DNA of 64,000 nucleotides. Source: Antedon mediterranea. Lineage: Eukaryota > Animalia > Echinodermata. Below are positions 12,200 to 25,774 of this stretch, piece by piece. How positions within the stretch are numbered: the first letter of the stretch is position 1; every line of letters starts with the position of its first letter. Under the pieces are notes generated by a model. It worked only from the letters and a program-made list of their open reading frames with translations. It was not told the origin of the DNA and did no database searches. A program made the translations under genes and the position numbers. The stretch spans positions 15,066,001 to 15,130,000 of the forward strand of contig NC_092674.1 of assembly GCF_964355755.1 (NCBI RefSeq), given 5' to 3'.

Positions 12200-12700
12200 T
12201 TGTCTGGTACAATTTCATCTATTGTTGTGGCCTCAACTCTGTATTGGTATGAAAGACTTTTGTATGTTTCACCTGAAATTAACAATCTTTTTGACAAATG
12301 AATGGTTATTTGCAACTACAGTTGATCAAATTGTTAGTATACTTGAAAAACCTGAGAAAGGATAAGGGATAGAATTTGATGATTTGAACATGTTTACACA
12401 CCAGTTGCAATAAAACGAAGCGTACTTGCTAATCTTTCTCCTGGAGAGAAATCCTCTGGTGCCAGTTGGTGTTTTGTTTCTGTATAGTGGGCTTGACCAA
12501 ACTCAAGAGGTTGTCAAATGTGCCAGTATCCATTCGTAGAAAATTTCTGTAGGATTCCTGGTCCTGAAGCCGCAGTTCTTGAATTAAATTTCCATACGCT
12601 CCTTGTTGCTGTCGTTTCAGGATCCAGGGCTTACACCATATTCTGCTGGTTTGTCTTCGCCGCCTTCTTTTTAAGATCGTTTAGCTGCCTTATCACGCAT
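12200..12700 (-). pseudogene. Harbinger/PIF transposase 5' fragment with intron 12273-12401
   Basis: RIWCKPWILKRQQQGAYGNLIQELR..DQESYRNFLRMDTGTFDNLLSLVKPTIQKQNT..SPGERLASTLRFIATG|ETYKSLSYQYRV; canonical GT-AG intron. Confidence 0.85.
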
Positions 12701-12929
12701 CATTTTCTCATTCATTACTTATGTCCTTATCATAATCCAATTTTGGATTGGGTATCTAGGATTCGATGTAAAAAAAAACCCCTCTTTTTTGCCTGCAAAA
12801 TGAGAACAAAAAAAAGTGCAATTATTTTATTATCAAGATGTATTGTCTCTGGAAACAAATAATTTTAAACACATTTTTGGTTAAATATTTTGATTTTGAT
12901 ATTGAATATATTCTCTGATTTCTGTATTC

Positions 12930-13250
12930 ATGACATGTCGCATATGCAGCATACCATACAGCATTTTTGCCTATTGGAATTATAGTATGACTAGCAGGTA
13001 TGTTGGGCAACGTTATAATTTCGTCTCATCTTAGATCAAGATACGCTTTAGTGGCATTCACATCTTGTTTTGAAACGAACACTACACTGATTGCCTTTGT
13101 CCTGTTAGATGCTTCTGGTGCAAATATATGACTTGCATTTCATACAGTAAATACAGGAAAATCTTGCTTCAGATCGAGAATGATGCGATCTAGGAAAGTA
13201 GCAACTTGATATTTTCCATGAATTAAGTCATCACTTATAATAACTGCATC
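12930..13250 (-). mobile_element. Decayed Sola2-like transposase fragments
   Basis: AVIISDDLIHGKYQVATFLDRII and TLPNIPASHTIIP motifs. Confidence 0.45.
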
Positions 13251-13295
13251 TTAATGGATATTAAAATAATACAGAATTATTTTTTTTAAACATAC

Positions 13296-13790
13296 CTGTG
13301 AGATTGTCATGGTTGTAGGTCATCTCCTACAGAAACAAAAACAATTTATAACATTTATACATTTTAGTTCTTGATACATTGTACATTTGTGTTTTCAAAT
13401 GTTTTGCTGCTAATATTGGAGTATAGACTTACCTGATGTTGTGGCAATTTCTAGTTGTCCATAATCATCAGCATCATCTGCTAATGAACAACAATAAAAT
13501 GTTAACAATGTAATGTTTACGGAAATCTGATTTGTGTATGACAAGTGCCATTTCCGGCATCTACAGTTGCACAACTCTTAAACATTTCTTATGACACAGG
13601 GACAGCTTGAAATGGAAAATGGGACAAGGATTAATTAATTTTAACACTTAAAAACATTGCAATTTGATAGAAAAAGTCAATCTTAATTTCTCACCTCAAC
13701 CCCAGCTGGTATAGATTTTTGTTACTAATGTTTTATAAGCTTACCTATGATGTCATTGTTTTCTTCTGCTTCAAAATTTCATCTGCTGAT
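13296..13790 (-). pseudogene. Three decayed acidic micro-exons of an unidentified (probably TE accessory) gene
   Basis: AG/GT-bounded segments near 13745-13785, 13433-13480 (DDADDYGQLEIATTS) and 13296-13327; contain a frameshift and a stop. Confidence 0.35.
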
Positions 13791-13874
13791 CAATAATAAA
13801 TAAAAAGTTAACAATTTAATATATTCTTAATATCTATCTGTACATTAAGTGCTTTGATTGCATGCCCTTTTTAA

Positions 13875-15800
13875 CCCATTGACCCCTAAGTTTATTTTGG
13901 TTTTCAGGGACCTAAAAAGCATATGTCACATATGAACCATAACTTTTTTTTCTCAATGAAGGAGAAAAGAAAAATAGTGCCAAGGACATTTTCTTTTCAA
14001 TGTAATCAAATTTATGTTACGACTTACGATGGCAGAGGTGGATTATTTATGAATAAAACTATTTTTTTTCTTCGGAACCTATTTCTTCTCTTCAAAATAA
14101 GACCAAACTTGACCATGAATGACCGGTTTCGAAGTTATGAATAAATTAGTAAAATGGTGCATGAAGTGAGGGTATCAAGTTTCTATATAGGAAAGTAGGC
14201 TTCGAAAACTTGCATGTATCTGTATTTCGAAACAGTTTCGAACAACATGGTTGCACAGTGATGTATTGTTGCAACTTGCACTTGTCCCATATAAACAGCG
14301 TAGTTGTATACATAATCCGAGATAGAATCTGTGAGTGTCCAAATTTTAAATCCGGGCTTGATTGGCTTTAATGGATCATACTGTTTCCCGCTAGAAGCTA
14401 AAACAAAATTGTGATTACAGTATAACATTTTTATATTTTTGCGAATATAATCAATCAAAAAGAGGAAACATGTTTTGATATTATAAAATTTTGCATATAA
14501 ATAATATTAATACAGTGAAAAAAATAAATTACCTATGCCGTCCTTGAAATGTTACCATAGCTTCATCACCGTCAAAATGCTCGTGCAGATTATACTGCAC
14601 TTGAAATTGCGTGGTAAGGTGGTGAATCACAGGGCGGATCTTGAATAGACGGTCTTGAGCTGGATCTTCTGGAGCTTCATTGTTGTTGTTGAATTGTATG
14701 TTCCGTAGTAGCCGGAAGAACCGGTCACGAGGCATGATGTTGGCCAAGGACGGATCATGGAAGAATGGAAGTGTCGATCAGATGTGCTCAAGCACCGTCA
14801 GTCTCTTGATGGAAATAATCACCACCATTCCAAAAATGGCTTGAAGCTCCCTGGCTGTCAGCTCCATAAATTGAGTTCCGGGCTTTCTCTGAGTAAAGTA
14901 AAGATAGGTCTGGTCTACAATCATCTGCAAGAGAATTTGGTTGAAAAAAAGAAAAAAAATAACTTATTGGTGTCGACAGATACGATGCCATCCATCGAGC
15001 TCCTCCTGACTTCTCTGGCGCTCTAGAGCTGCTCTCCCACCACTTCCTCTCGGGGAACAAGCTCCTCTCCCTCTGTCCCCATCTCCCCGTCCTACTCCAG
15101 CCCCACCTAAACCCGGGTCTACTTTCCCTCTACATAAATGGGCTCTTCTATCTACACTCCCCCGACCCCCATTGCCACCAATACGGGCCCTCTTGCTCCC
15201 AAGTGGACCACCAACTGTGGCTGTGTTCAGGCCACTTGTGGAAGGCCTATCACCACCAGTAGAACCTGACCCATTTGAGGTTACCTCCATATCTTTGACT
15301 GTCTCGTCCTCCTCTTCTTGTATGTCCCCCTCCTCGTAGATGGACTCGGTCGACGATGACCATATAGGCCTATGAGGAGCCGCCTCGGGAGCAGGACCGT
15401 CGTCCCCACTGTTTGAGTCAGACGAATCCTCATCGCTTTCACTGGGAATGAAAAAAAAAACATCGCGAAAGCAACTTGGAATTAGCCTTTCTTGCGTAGG
15501 GCGTTTCTTGGGAGCTTAGTCCGCCATCTGTGAATGATGTGTAGTTTGCAGATAATTAGACGAAAATACGGCAAAATATTATGAAACCAAAACAAGTTTG
15601 GTATCAAAATGTCTGGAATTGTCTATTCTATTAGCAAAAAAAAGTATTTATACATAGTATATTGGTTATAAACTATTAGCCGGTGGCAGTACAAATTTTG
15701 CGGAAAAAAAGTAAAGGATAATTTTTTTTTGGTTTTTCTGATTAAAAGTATACCATAGAATGTCTATGAAAGGAAAAAAAATCCCCATCCCAGGTCTCGG
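13875..15800 (-). mobile_element. Decayed intron-containing piggyBac (PGBD4-like) transposon
   Basis: TTAA|CCCATTGACCCC terminus at 13871-13886; ORF pieces MPRDRFFRLLRNIQF..DRLFKIRPVI..GDEAMVTFQGR and YDPLKPIKPGFKIWTLTDS..YVYN...YMG; other TIR not found. Confidence 0.85.
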
Positions 15801-16519
15801 GCAAAATTTGTTATGCCACTTTTAAATTTTGGCCTACTGTACTGTATATACAGTGACACACACAAATACCTATTACACACACAAATACCTACAAGTGCTA
15901 GACAAAAACTTCAGAAAAATGTAAGATTGTTCCTTTATAGCAGTAGTAAAGTCAAAGTCTTTTCCACCAAGTCCATCAATCTCAAAACACAGTAACTAAA
16001 GTAACTGAAATTATTGTTTGTATCGGGTGTTTTCAGATAAACTGTGAACACGTACAATATACTGTAGTTTATAATAATTTAGTCTCCTCAATTAAATTCT
16101 TTGACATGACTTTATTGATGTGTAAACTGATTAAGACGGTGCAAGTGCCTTTTAAGTCGAAGTTACCATGTAGTCATTTGTGTAGATTTTGCTCATCCAT
16201 GGTCTAGAGTAGTACCAAAACAAATATACTGTATATAACAATTAACATTAAATGTAATTACAATTGTGATATCCAGAATGGTTTGAGCAGTTAGCTTGCA
16301 CAATGCAATAATGCATGGCAAATAAGTTATACTGTAGTATAAAACATTTGGTTTAAATAGATTGTTAACAATAGCTTCACTATTACTTTTACAAATAACT
16401 TTACTAAACTAAACAGTATTCATGGGTCTTGGCAAAAAAACATAAGAGGGTGGCACGTATCATCCATAATTTAGTATGTTGCTATTGGAGTTACAAAGTT
16501 CATATAATTTACATCTACT

Positions 16520-17260
16520 TTCAAAGCGCATAAGCTTCTTTGTGATTGTATGAGATCTGATTTCTGTATTATTATTCTTTCCACCCTATTTTTGTGCGTC
16601 GCGTTTCTGTAAAACCTGTAAACATAACATTTCGTAACTCTGTCATATTTACGTGAAGTTGTGCACCTCCTATTTTTGAAAAACGTCAGAATTGCGCAAC
16701 GTGACTTGCGTGCGATTTTATGAATTTAAATGATTGATCATAGAAGTCATTTTGTAGTGAGACTTGGTGAAAATGTTAAAAAATCAGAGTCAACTTTCTG
16801 TGGATTAAAAATGGCATGTTTCACACAAAGTTACGTGCACACACATTTAAAATTGTTAGATGCGCAAAATTATTTATTATATTTTCTATACGTTTCAGGA
16901 CATTTTGAACATTTCAAAATTTTCGATTTTTTGGCATAGTGCTTACATGTGCGCACAGCTTGTACATCGATAGAAAGGCCGTTTTTGCAATTGATTTTTC
17001 TTCTTCATACCTTCTGTTTTAATTGTAAAATAATGATGCACATGCACGTTAAACTTTAAAAACCGTGCGCTTAAAAATTGCAAACTTATGGTGCTTCAGG
17101 AAGAGCGTTTTTTTCAACTTATTTTGTAGTTGCTTTCATATGGCCACTCGAATGACAAAAATAAATTGTTGTTTTTTTTGTCATAGCTCATCTCATTTAA
17201 TAGAACGCATCTCGCTTTTTTGTATTCCATTTTCCCCCAGTTTTTAAAATTGTCTAGGTT
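16520..17260. mobile_element. Possible Helentron-associated element
   Basis: CTTTGTGATTGTATG at ~16539 matches the reverse complement of CGTACAATCACAAG at ~9530; boundaries uncertain. Confidence 0.35.
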
Positions 17261-17570
17261 AATCAATTATCTTTCGATTGATTTACAACTATTTTTAATT
17301 TGGATGATGTCATCACATCAACAATTTGAATAACGTGGGTCACTTATTTTCATCTTTACAGTAAATTTTAATATGTTCTAGCTTGTCAGAATAAAAGTGG
17401 TACTAAAAAATTCCCCCCAAACTTTGTGTAGAGGACTTTTGTGTATTAGGCCTCTCTACTATAAACAGTATTATTATTGATTTGGTTTTTGTATTGTATA
17501 ATCAATACTTCCATACATGCACGATGGGAAAAATTATTTGAACATTTTTTTTCTCTTTTGTGGTTTACTA

Positions 17571-17720
17571 TCACTTTCATTCATCCATCGTTTGATCATA
17601 CATAATAATTATATACTGTCATTTTCATTCATCCATCGTTTGATCATACATAATAATTATATACTGTCACTTTCATTCATCCATCGTTTGATCATACATA
17701 ATAATTATATACTGTCATTT
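17571..17720. repeat. Tandem repeat, 48-bp unit x3
   Basis: TCACTTTCATTCATCCATCGTTTGATCATACATAATAATTATATACTG repeated three times. Confidence 0.95.
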
Positions 17721-18474
17721 TATGGTTTTTTTCTATTACTCTTACTTTTGTGTTATTTTTAAAATAAAAATTGTTGTGACTCATTTCTTTCATAATTATA
17801 ATCATAATTAATCGCCATTCTGATCAGATCCAATTAATCTGCTCCACGCTTACCAGATGTGTTGCAAAATGCACGCTTTTCTTCTCTACAAAGTATACGC
17901 CACCAAACACTTGGCAACCTTTCAACAATCGTCTAAATGAGCCATGTTGCATAAATATGGTATGTGGTATATCTTCATCTTCTTGATTTTGTTGTGGTAG
18001 TTGTTGAGCTGATGGATGTTGTTCCTTTCTTCCTACCAATTGAAAAAGAAACAGATTGTACTTGTGTTTACACCTTTCATATTTCCAAGCAAATGATCAA
18101 GGTGAATTAAAAATTTTACCATACATACCTCTCTGTGCATAGGCATAGTTCCAGATATTACTCTACTGTGACTTTAGCTGTCAAATTAACATTTTATTTA
18201 GTTTGCGTTGATTGCATTCTTTTGGTATTTTTACAAGTAATACTGTATCGGTAAATGACATATATGGAAATCAATTTCTATTTCATTTATAGATACAGTA
18301 TTAATAAAGATATTTTATAGAACACACTATAAATATATTTTTGCCTTTTACACTCTATCCAACAACAAGTACATTTGACAAAATATATTACTGTATGTTT
18401 AGAGTTACATCTATACAAACAATTTGTATAAGTCAAACTACACAACACATTGAGGCATAATCTGAGAAGCTTAC

Positions 18475-18623
18475 CAGATTCAATTCCAACTGTGATAGCA
18501 ATATCATCCCACACATCATTTTTTGTTGAACATCCTTGTACCACTTGTCAGAAAGATTATGGAGGATGCTATTTTTTCTACCTGAATGAAGAGTTGTTTG
18601 GTTTGTTCTTCTGTAAAAGCCAT
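18475..18623 (-). pseudogene. MADF (Myb/SANT-like) domain first exon, frameshifted; Harbinger accessory gene remnant
   Basis: MAFTEEQTKQLFIQVEK / ILHNLSDKWYKDVQQK / NDVWDDIAITVGIES followed by GTAAG donor; possible further exons at 18128-18180 and 17824-18040. Confidence 0.65.
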
Positions 18624-18989
18624 TTCTAAATAACGGTAATAAAAAAAATGTATTAAGTGATTAGAAAGGTGTACTAGGGTACCATAACTAACAATACTTG
18701 AGTGTGTTTTATTATGCCTAGCCTAGGCCTATTATTACATTAACATAGGCCTACTGTACGTAGACTATGCACTTGTCAATTGTTAAACTCAGTCGAGATA
18801 TGAAAGCAGCAGAAAGACTAAATGAACTAAAACGTTTAATCAAAGACACTAGACCTAGGCTAAAAATAATTTGGATACACAAGCTTAATTATTATATTTA
18901 TGGATGGTCCATCCAGCAAACAGAAAGTTGTGTTAAAGTCATCATCTTGGATGCAGTATGTGTTTCATCTTCAATGTTGTCCATTATTG

Positions 18990-19517
18990 TTTGTGCTATT
19001 TTGTTGCAATTCAAGTCAATGCATTTACTGCACATAGGTACAATAGAGTCAAAGTTTCTTGCAGCTACATGTCATACTTCTGCAACCTTCTGGTTTCCCT
19101 CCGAATGCTACCATATTAAGCAACATATCTGGTGCAACAATGTATGTGTCTACAGGTGTAAGAGTTACTTCCCGAAACCGCCAGTCCCATTGTATAGAAG
19201 GTAAAGAGTTACCCATCTATTCTTGAACTGTCAGATATGTACAGTATGAATGTTGTTTGGCTGTGGCACTACTTGGAGGCAAACTTTCTAACTGAATTAT
19301 TGAACTTGGGGAACACTTTGCTTAACCTTAGGACCTTTCCCATCATTAAACCAGGAGAGATTGACATTATTTAAGTACAGATTTGACATTGCTATCCATC
19401 ATTGAAATACCTTGTTATACCATTAATCACTTCTACCCAAACACCACTGGATCAACTTAGCACCAATCATTAGCTTCAGAGGCGACGTAATGACATATGC
19501 TAATGAACTACGGTCTA
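18990..19517 (-). mobile_element. AcademX-like C-terminal fragment (CXC Cys-rich) and probable terminus
   Basis: LESLPPSSATAKQHSY.TYLTVQE.MGNSL..IQWDW...LTPV...VAPDMLLNMV...GCRSMTCSCKK..LYCT; possible TAG-type terminus (..GGTCTA) at 19517. Confidence 0.65.
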
Positions 19518-20160
19518 AAAAAAGACTCTTGCATAATAATACTTATGCATGGATTATACAGTATTGGTCACAGCTATCAGTGGTTGTTAATACTGTACAT
19601 GCACATTTTACTTACTAATTAATCTTGTTCAACATTAATTTTTCCTCAAGTTCAAGAACGTCATCTACAGTATTCATTGTTGTTGAATATTTCCCTTTCA
19701 GTTGTGTCCTCTGTTAATGATTGTAGGAGGGTCCATTAATTTATTTGTCTGTCTTTCAGCTGTTTAATGGTATCTTAAGAGAAGCGATTTCAGTTAACAA
19801 GTGTTTATGAAATGCTGTAAAGGGAACTTATAGTTACAAATTATAATTTCAAATTATAATTTAAAGATACATTTTTACTGGAATTAAGGTTTGATTTAGG
19901 TTATTCTTGCTGTTTAGCACTGTATAAATGCTCATGTTTTCATGGTAAATGTTTCACAATTTGTACAACAATGTTCAATGTCTACACTAGCAAGCACAAG
20001 AGTTTTCTCCATTTACCATCCAGTTGTTACAAATTCTCCATGGCATCTTGGAACGTCTAGAACTTTAGTCCATCTGCCATTACAGCAATGTCTGTGTCGT
20101 CATCTTCCTTGGGTCTGTTTTTTTATTCTGTCCATCAAGTGGGACGTATATAGAACAGTG

Positions 20161-20882
20161 CAGGGCCGTACTCAGGATTTTATATGGGTGGGTACGGATT
20201 AATATATTTTGGACCATTTTCATAATATTGAGTACTTTGCAAATGAAGCGTGAAACCATTGGCTGGGGGCCAGGGAGCCGCCAAGGGCTCCCAGTCAGGG
20301 TCCAGGAAGCCCTGGCCGTTAGTGCAAGTTGGTTAATTTCATTGGTCTACCTGGCACATAAATATGGCTTCTAAGTTTCTTTCGTATAAAATGTTAACAA
20401 TATCATGCTCCCCAACTGCCACGGCATGTGTTTCTTTTTGCGTCTCATTCGATTCACCTTCTTCTTCTTCCTCTCTTAGTCTTACTCATCCACTGTTCCA
20501 AAGAAATTTTTTAGCAGCTGCTTTTCTTTTCTGTTCAATTTGTTCTTTCGACCCATAATGATAATAATTGTAATAAATGACCATTGATGATTAGCCTACG
20601 ATGCATACAACTCGTAAACAGGCTAACTATGGACGCGGTACAATATTGTTCACTTTATTTGCTGTTCACTTGTTTGTACATGCCGCGCCATCTAACGCTA
20701 CAGTGTGTGTTGGCACGCGGTACAATATTGCTCACTTTATTTTTTGTGATACTGTACCTGGTTGGTAAAAAAATTACTGAATGACTATAATTTCTTTTAC
20801 AATTATTTTGAATAAACAAGATCCAGATGGGGGGGGGGGGGGGTGGGGGAGCACCCGTTGCACCTCCCTGCGTACGGCCCTG
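20161..20882. mobile_element. hAT-like MITE
   Basis: TIR CAGGGCCGTAC / GTACGGCCCTG; flanks ACAGTG / ATAGTG (6 bp, one mismatch). Confidence 0.65.
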
Positions 20883-21233
20883 ATAGTGTGCCTTTCTCCC
20901 CACACCAAAAAGTAGGTTTGACCTTGTCACTAGTACGACACTGAAATGTGTGTGCAAATATTGGATGCAAGTGTAGGCCTGTGATGCAATAATGTGAAGT
21001 TTAAGGTGAAATTGATTTTAGAATTTTACAGTCAGTCTTTGCCTTTGGGAAAAAAACCCAATAAAAACAGCAATTACTATGAGGTATATTGATATCTGTT
21101 TTTACTTTTTAGATTTGAATATTAATTTAATTATTCTTCAGAAGTATCTGCACCAAAAGAAATGCAGCACCATTGAAATAAAATACAAGCGACATTCTTT
21201 TTGGTTGAACTGAACCAAAAAGTACAATAAAAT

Positions 21234-21450
21234 ATTTTTTTTTTTTTTTTTTTTAATTTTATTTCATCATCACCCTACAGTGACCAAACGTCACCATTAA
21301 CAGAGTTGAAAGTCGTAAAATATAACATATTATACAAGCAAAAATCAACAGATAACAAGACAACATTTAAATATTACTGACATTAGACAAAACCTTGTGA
21401 CGGAAACAAGCAAGGGAATCAAAAAAAATATCAACAGATCCATCAATTTT
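21234..21450 (-). mobile_element. LINE/SINE 3' end with poly(A) tail
   Basis: About 20 T followed by TTTATT (AATAAA on minus strand); upstream extent uncertain. Confidence 0.45.
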
Positions 21451-22039
21451 ACATAGTGAGTAGTATAACTTACTTAAATTAACATACATAAAGTACAGTT
21501 AACACAAAATGTTAAAAGAATACATTTTAACAAAAACAATGAAACTACTTAAATTACTGTACTACTGTATGTCTCTCACATGTTTTACAAAGTTAGACTG
21601 TTGATGTTTTTTTACAGTCTGGTCTGATGTCACCTTATTGTTGAGAGCATTGTGTTTCATCACATCATTAACATCTTCCATCATCCCTGTAGTTTTTGCT
21701 AATCCGGATAGATTAGTGTTGTTGAGTTGAATTGCATGTTCTGTGAAATAGCAGATTTATCAAAAGTACAAAAAAATAATAGCTTAAACTTTCTGATAAA
21801 TGTAGAATCAACAATATACACAAATTTTATCAAAAAATCTCTATAATTTTGCTCAACAAGCGAAATTTAAAGATAGAAATGGTTATCTGCAATGACCTGA
21901 CGGATGCCTGTTCTTTTGGATATCTGACTGGTTTTTCTAGAATTCTTGTTATAATTGTTCTTCCCTTTTTTCTCATTAAGCAGTTAAGACGAGAGACTTT
22001 GAAAATGAACAAATCAAAATTACTTGCAAACATTTTGAA

Positions 22040-22600
22040 CCTTCCTCAAACAAGAACAAATCTCCAAGCAGAAGACATCATAGCTATTAAAAAGGTATTG
22101 AATACTAGTTACTTCCGCTTTAACTGAAAACTATACAGACAAAAGAAAGTGATAGTATAGTGGGAAGTCCACAGTGAGCCTGATATTAAACAAACATTTC
22201 TTCATGGAATGAGTAGAACAACATCATCAGCATACAAGATTAAACTTTGTTTGAATCATTCTACGACCCATTACACTTTACTGAACTAAACCAACTGGCT
22301 GAATATATGTTTATACAGAGTGGATCTCTTCAAGTACTATTAGTCCAGACATACCAAGGGCAAGTAAAAAATTATTATTGAGTAGTAGCTGAAAATGCTA
22401 GCAGGATTTCTAAAATTGACTCTGAAGTTTTTACTGGATTACCGAGAGTGAACTGCATACTGAAAGAAACTGAAAATACTATACAACTACATATAAATCA
22501 ATAGCAATAACATAGTTAATTGTAGCCATGTTATGTCACAATTGACTAAAAATATTTGCTGCTATCAACAAGATCAACATACTGTATAAATCATCCAAAA
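22040..22600 (+). mobile_element. Highly decayed Penelope-like RT fragment
   Basis: EDIIAIKKVLNTSYFRFN*KLYRQKK followed by GSP-like sequence resembles the PLE YF.FN..Y.Q..G..MGSP motif. Confidence 0.45.
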
Positions 22601-23020
22601 ATAAATGAAAATGAGACTGATTTAACAATAGGAATGAAAGTTTGTTGTAAGAAGGAGAAACAAATAATAGTAGTAGTAGATATAACGTCAGCTGGGCAAA
22701 ACCAGGAAACTAAGTATGCATCCACTACAGTAACATTGTTTTTACTACTGTGTTTTCTTACTGTGTGTCTTCGGTCTGCAAACCTATACCAATGAAGGAT
22801 GAAATTGTTGGCTTTCAATAATCAGACTATATCATAGAAAAATAGATACAATAAAAAATGGAGATGAAAGAGGAAAGGAAACAAAATTCTGTTAACCAGT
22901 ATTTAGATGCTTTAGAGCATTCAAAATACTTATTATATTGATGAGATATTATTTAATCCAAAGAATATGGCTGCTATAAACCTAAAAAGGAAAAATTCAG
23001 TCAAACTCGAATCAAAAGTC

Positions 23021-23346
23021 AAATCAGTCAGAAATCAGCCATCACCCAATCTATGTAATTCAACTCAACCACACACAAAAAAGGAAAATCAGTCAGAAAT
23101 CAGCCATCACCCAATCTATGTAATTCAACTCAACCACACACAAAAAAGGAAAATCAGTCAGAAATCAGCCATCACCCAATCTATGTAATTCAACTCAACC
23201 ACACACAAAAAAGGAAAATCAGTCAGAAATCAGCCATCACCCAATCTATGTAATTCAACTCAACCACACACAAAAAATGAAAATCAGTCAGAAATCAGCC
23301 ATCACCCAATCTATGTAATTCAACTCAACCACACACAAAAAAGGAC
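23021..23346. repeat. Tandem repeat, 65-bp unit x5
   Basis: AAATCAGTCAGAAATCAGCCATCACCCAATCTATGTAATTCAACTCAACCACACACAAAAAAGGA repeated with near identity. Confidence 0.95.
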
Positions 23347-25774
23347 AATCAAATCACATTGTAACATCTACAGTCTACTAAAACAGTGAATTTTTTCAAA
23401 GTGTAGTAGTAATATAAGTAGTTTTTTTTGTAAATATTGGTTTTCGTAGTTATTGGATCAACAAAAAAGAATGTCACTTGTATATATAATCATTTTAATC
23501 CAGATAAAATGATTTCAAAGAGGATCATTGAAGTTTCAACAAAATTGATAAAATAAAGCACCAGGGTACATTTAAAAAAAATCCTTTGTTTGCCTTCAAT
23601 TGGTACCTATTGGCATCACATAAGGTTCTTTTGGCTATCTTTGTTAACCTGATCTAATAGTAGTAGACCAGAAGCTTTGAATTTGACTTTTCAGTTGTAT
23701 TACAGAAGGTGACATGTCATGTGGTTTTAAGGGAGACACTCATTTGCCCTAAACAGAATAGTGTAAATCTGACAAATACTACCACTCTTCATATACTAGT
23801 AATAGTATACTATTATTATCTCATTATAATCTGAACCTAAGTCTACAATAACAGGAATTGGTTCCACATGTTGAATTGATGTACCCTGATGTACCACTCT
23901 GATCTGCATTCACACAGGCATAGCTAGAATTGTTGCCTACATTACCAACATAACCTACACAAGTTAATACCTACAACAAAATGTTGTTATGCAACATTTT
24001 AGCAGACTACGCTTCCAATAGTCAGTATAATCTATAAGAGTATGTTAAACCAGTCTTTTGACTTTTGATGAGTAGTAAATTTATTATTGACCACTCCTGT
24101 GAGAATGCAGTGAGAGATATTTTAAATTTAAGAACGAAATAAAGAATGAAATGCTTAATATACGCTATGTAAAGTATTTATTGCAAAAATATTCTTTCAA
24201 ATAAAGTAGGAAACTTAGGGCCTATTAACATTTTCTTTTATGCTGCCTCTCCCCAATCCTCAATGTCTTGCATTGAAGCTGCCTGCAAATCAAACCTATC
24301 ATTATCAGTGTTTTCCTCAGACATAGTTCTTTTGATCTTCAAAAGTGCTTGTAGTAATAACAAGTTTTAATACACCTGGCCATTTGAGCCATTGTAACCC
24401 TTCTTTTCATGATCTATTGATAGTGAAATTAATGTTAATACTATAGTACATTAATGAGTATAAAACAGGTTTTTGTTTTGAGACAAACACTTTTTTGTTG
24501 TTTTTATATTCTGGTGTGTATGTAATTTTACTTAGAGCATCCTATACTAGTTCTAAAAAAAATTGTTTGGCAAACATTCAGTGTCCAATTGTGTGGTAGG
24601 TATTTAGGTGATATTTTTTTCTTTTGAACAGGCTCTGTCCGTTAGTAGTGTGCGACTATGTAGGCATTTCTTTGCCTGTATGACATTTTCCAGAAGCTTA
24701 TCATCAATTTTTTGAATACAACTTTTCTTACGGGATGCCTTGCATGTTGGAAGGACATTTTTCTATTTAAAAAAATAAAAGAACAGATTAAAATACTATT
24801 TTTACGGTAAAATATTTCAATAATTCAATCAAATAAAGATATGTTAAAGTAAATACCTTTCTTTGGTGCTATTATTAGTTGTCACATTCTAGTGTTTTCG
24901 TTTACATTTCAGTAATTATCATTACTCTGCACATTTATATTTTCTCTGTCTTCATTTTGGGATCACTCTGCACATCTATGCTTTATTACTATTATAAGAA
25001 GGTAAAACTGAAACTGGTTCTGTGTTGTGCATCTAGTAGGTGCAGTCTTCAAAGAATAAACCTACTATTTTAAGAATTGTAAACATGTAATTGGTCATCA
25101 ATTTCTCATTTGTATACTGTATGGCATTTCTTTGTCCCAGTGTTCAGTTTTGCGTTGTTTGATACTTGCCTCATGCATACTGTCAGCCTTTGTTCGACAG
25201 ATATTTTCTTTTGCAATGCTAACTTTGATTAATTCTAAAATTTAGTAAACCGTTATTATTATGAAAAGGGTATGCAAATCACTACATGTTTCTCATGATT
25301 TATTTATTGGGTGAAATTATAATTGTTACCCTTTTTTTCTGTTGACTTCTTTTTGCACAATTTCAAGGTATGGAAATATGGTGTTCTGCTAAAGAAATGC
25401 TTTGTGAGGTGTAACACTGCTGACATTAGTAATACTATTTTAGCATGGTTATGAGCTTAGATTTCAGCTCATTCTACTGAAACTTGTCATATTTATTTGC
25501 AGGACCACATCAGAAAATGATTAGATTTTTCAGGTTGTCTGAGAGGTTTGACCACTTGAACCAACTAATTAAGCCCCATTTAAAGACGCGGGTAAATACT
25601 GTAGGACAAGATCATCAGAGACTGTGGGACAGTAATTGATGTGTGAACTGCACAATATTTAGCTTGGTAATTAATTAATATGAATAAAATTAAATTGGAG
25701 CAATAAATAGTTGATTTTTCTAACTCCTTAGGTACTGTATGTAATTTAAAAATCTAATATTAATATTCTTACAA

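Noticed and set aside
14964-15290. Gly/Arg-rich 108-aa ORF as an independent gene
   Set aside because: Lies in the low-complexity N-terminal region of the decayed piggyBac transposase.
19960-20150. RTE-type LINE 3' fragment
   Set aside because: Too degenerate to support from sequence alone.
24236-25500. Multi-exon host gene on the minus strand
   Set aside because: Exon-like AG/GT segments exist but contain stops and I could not join them into a frame or assign a family.
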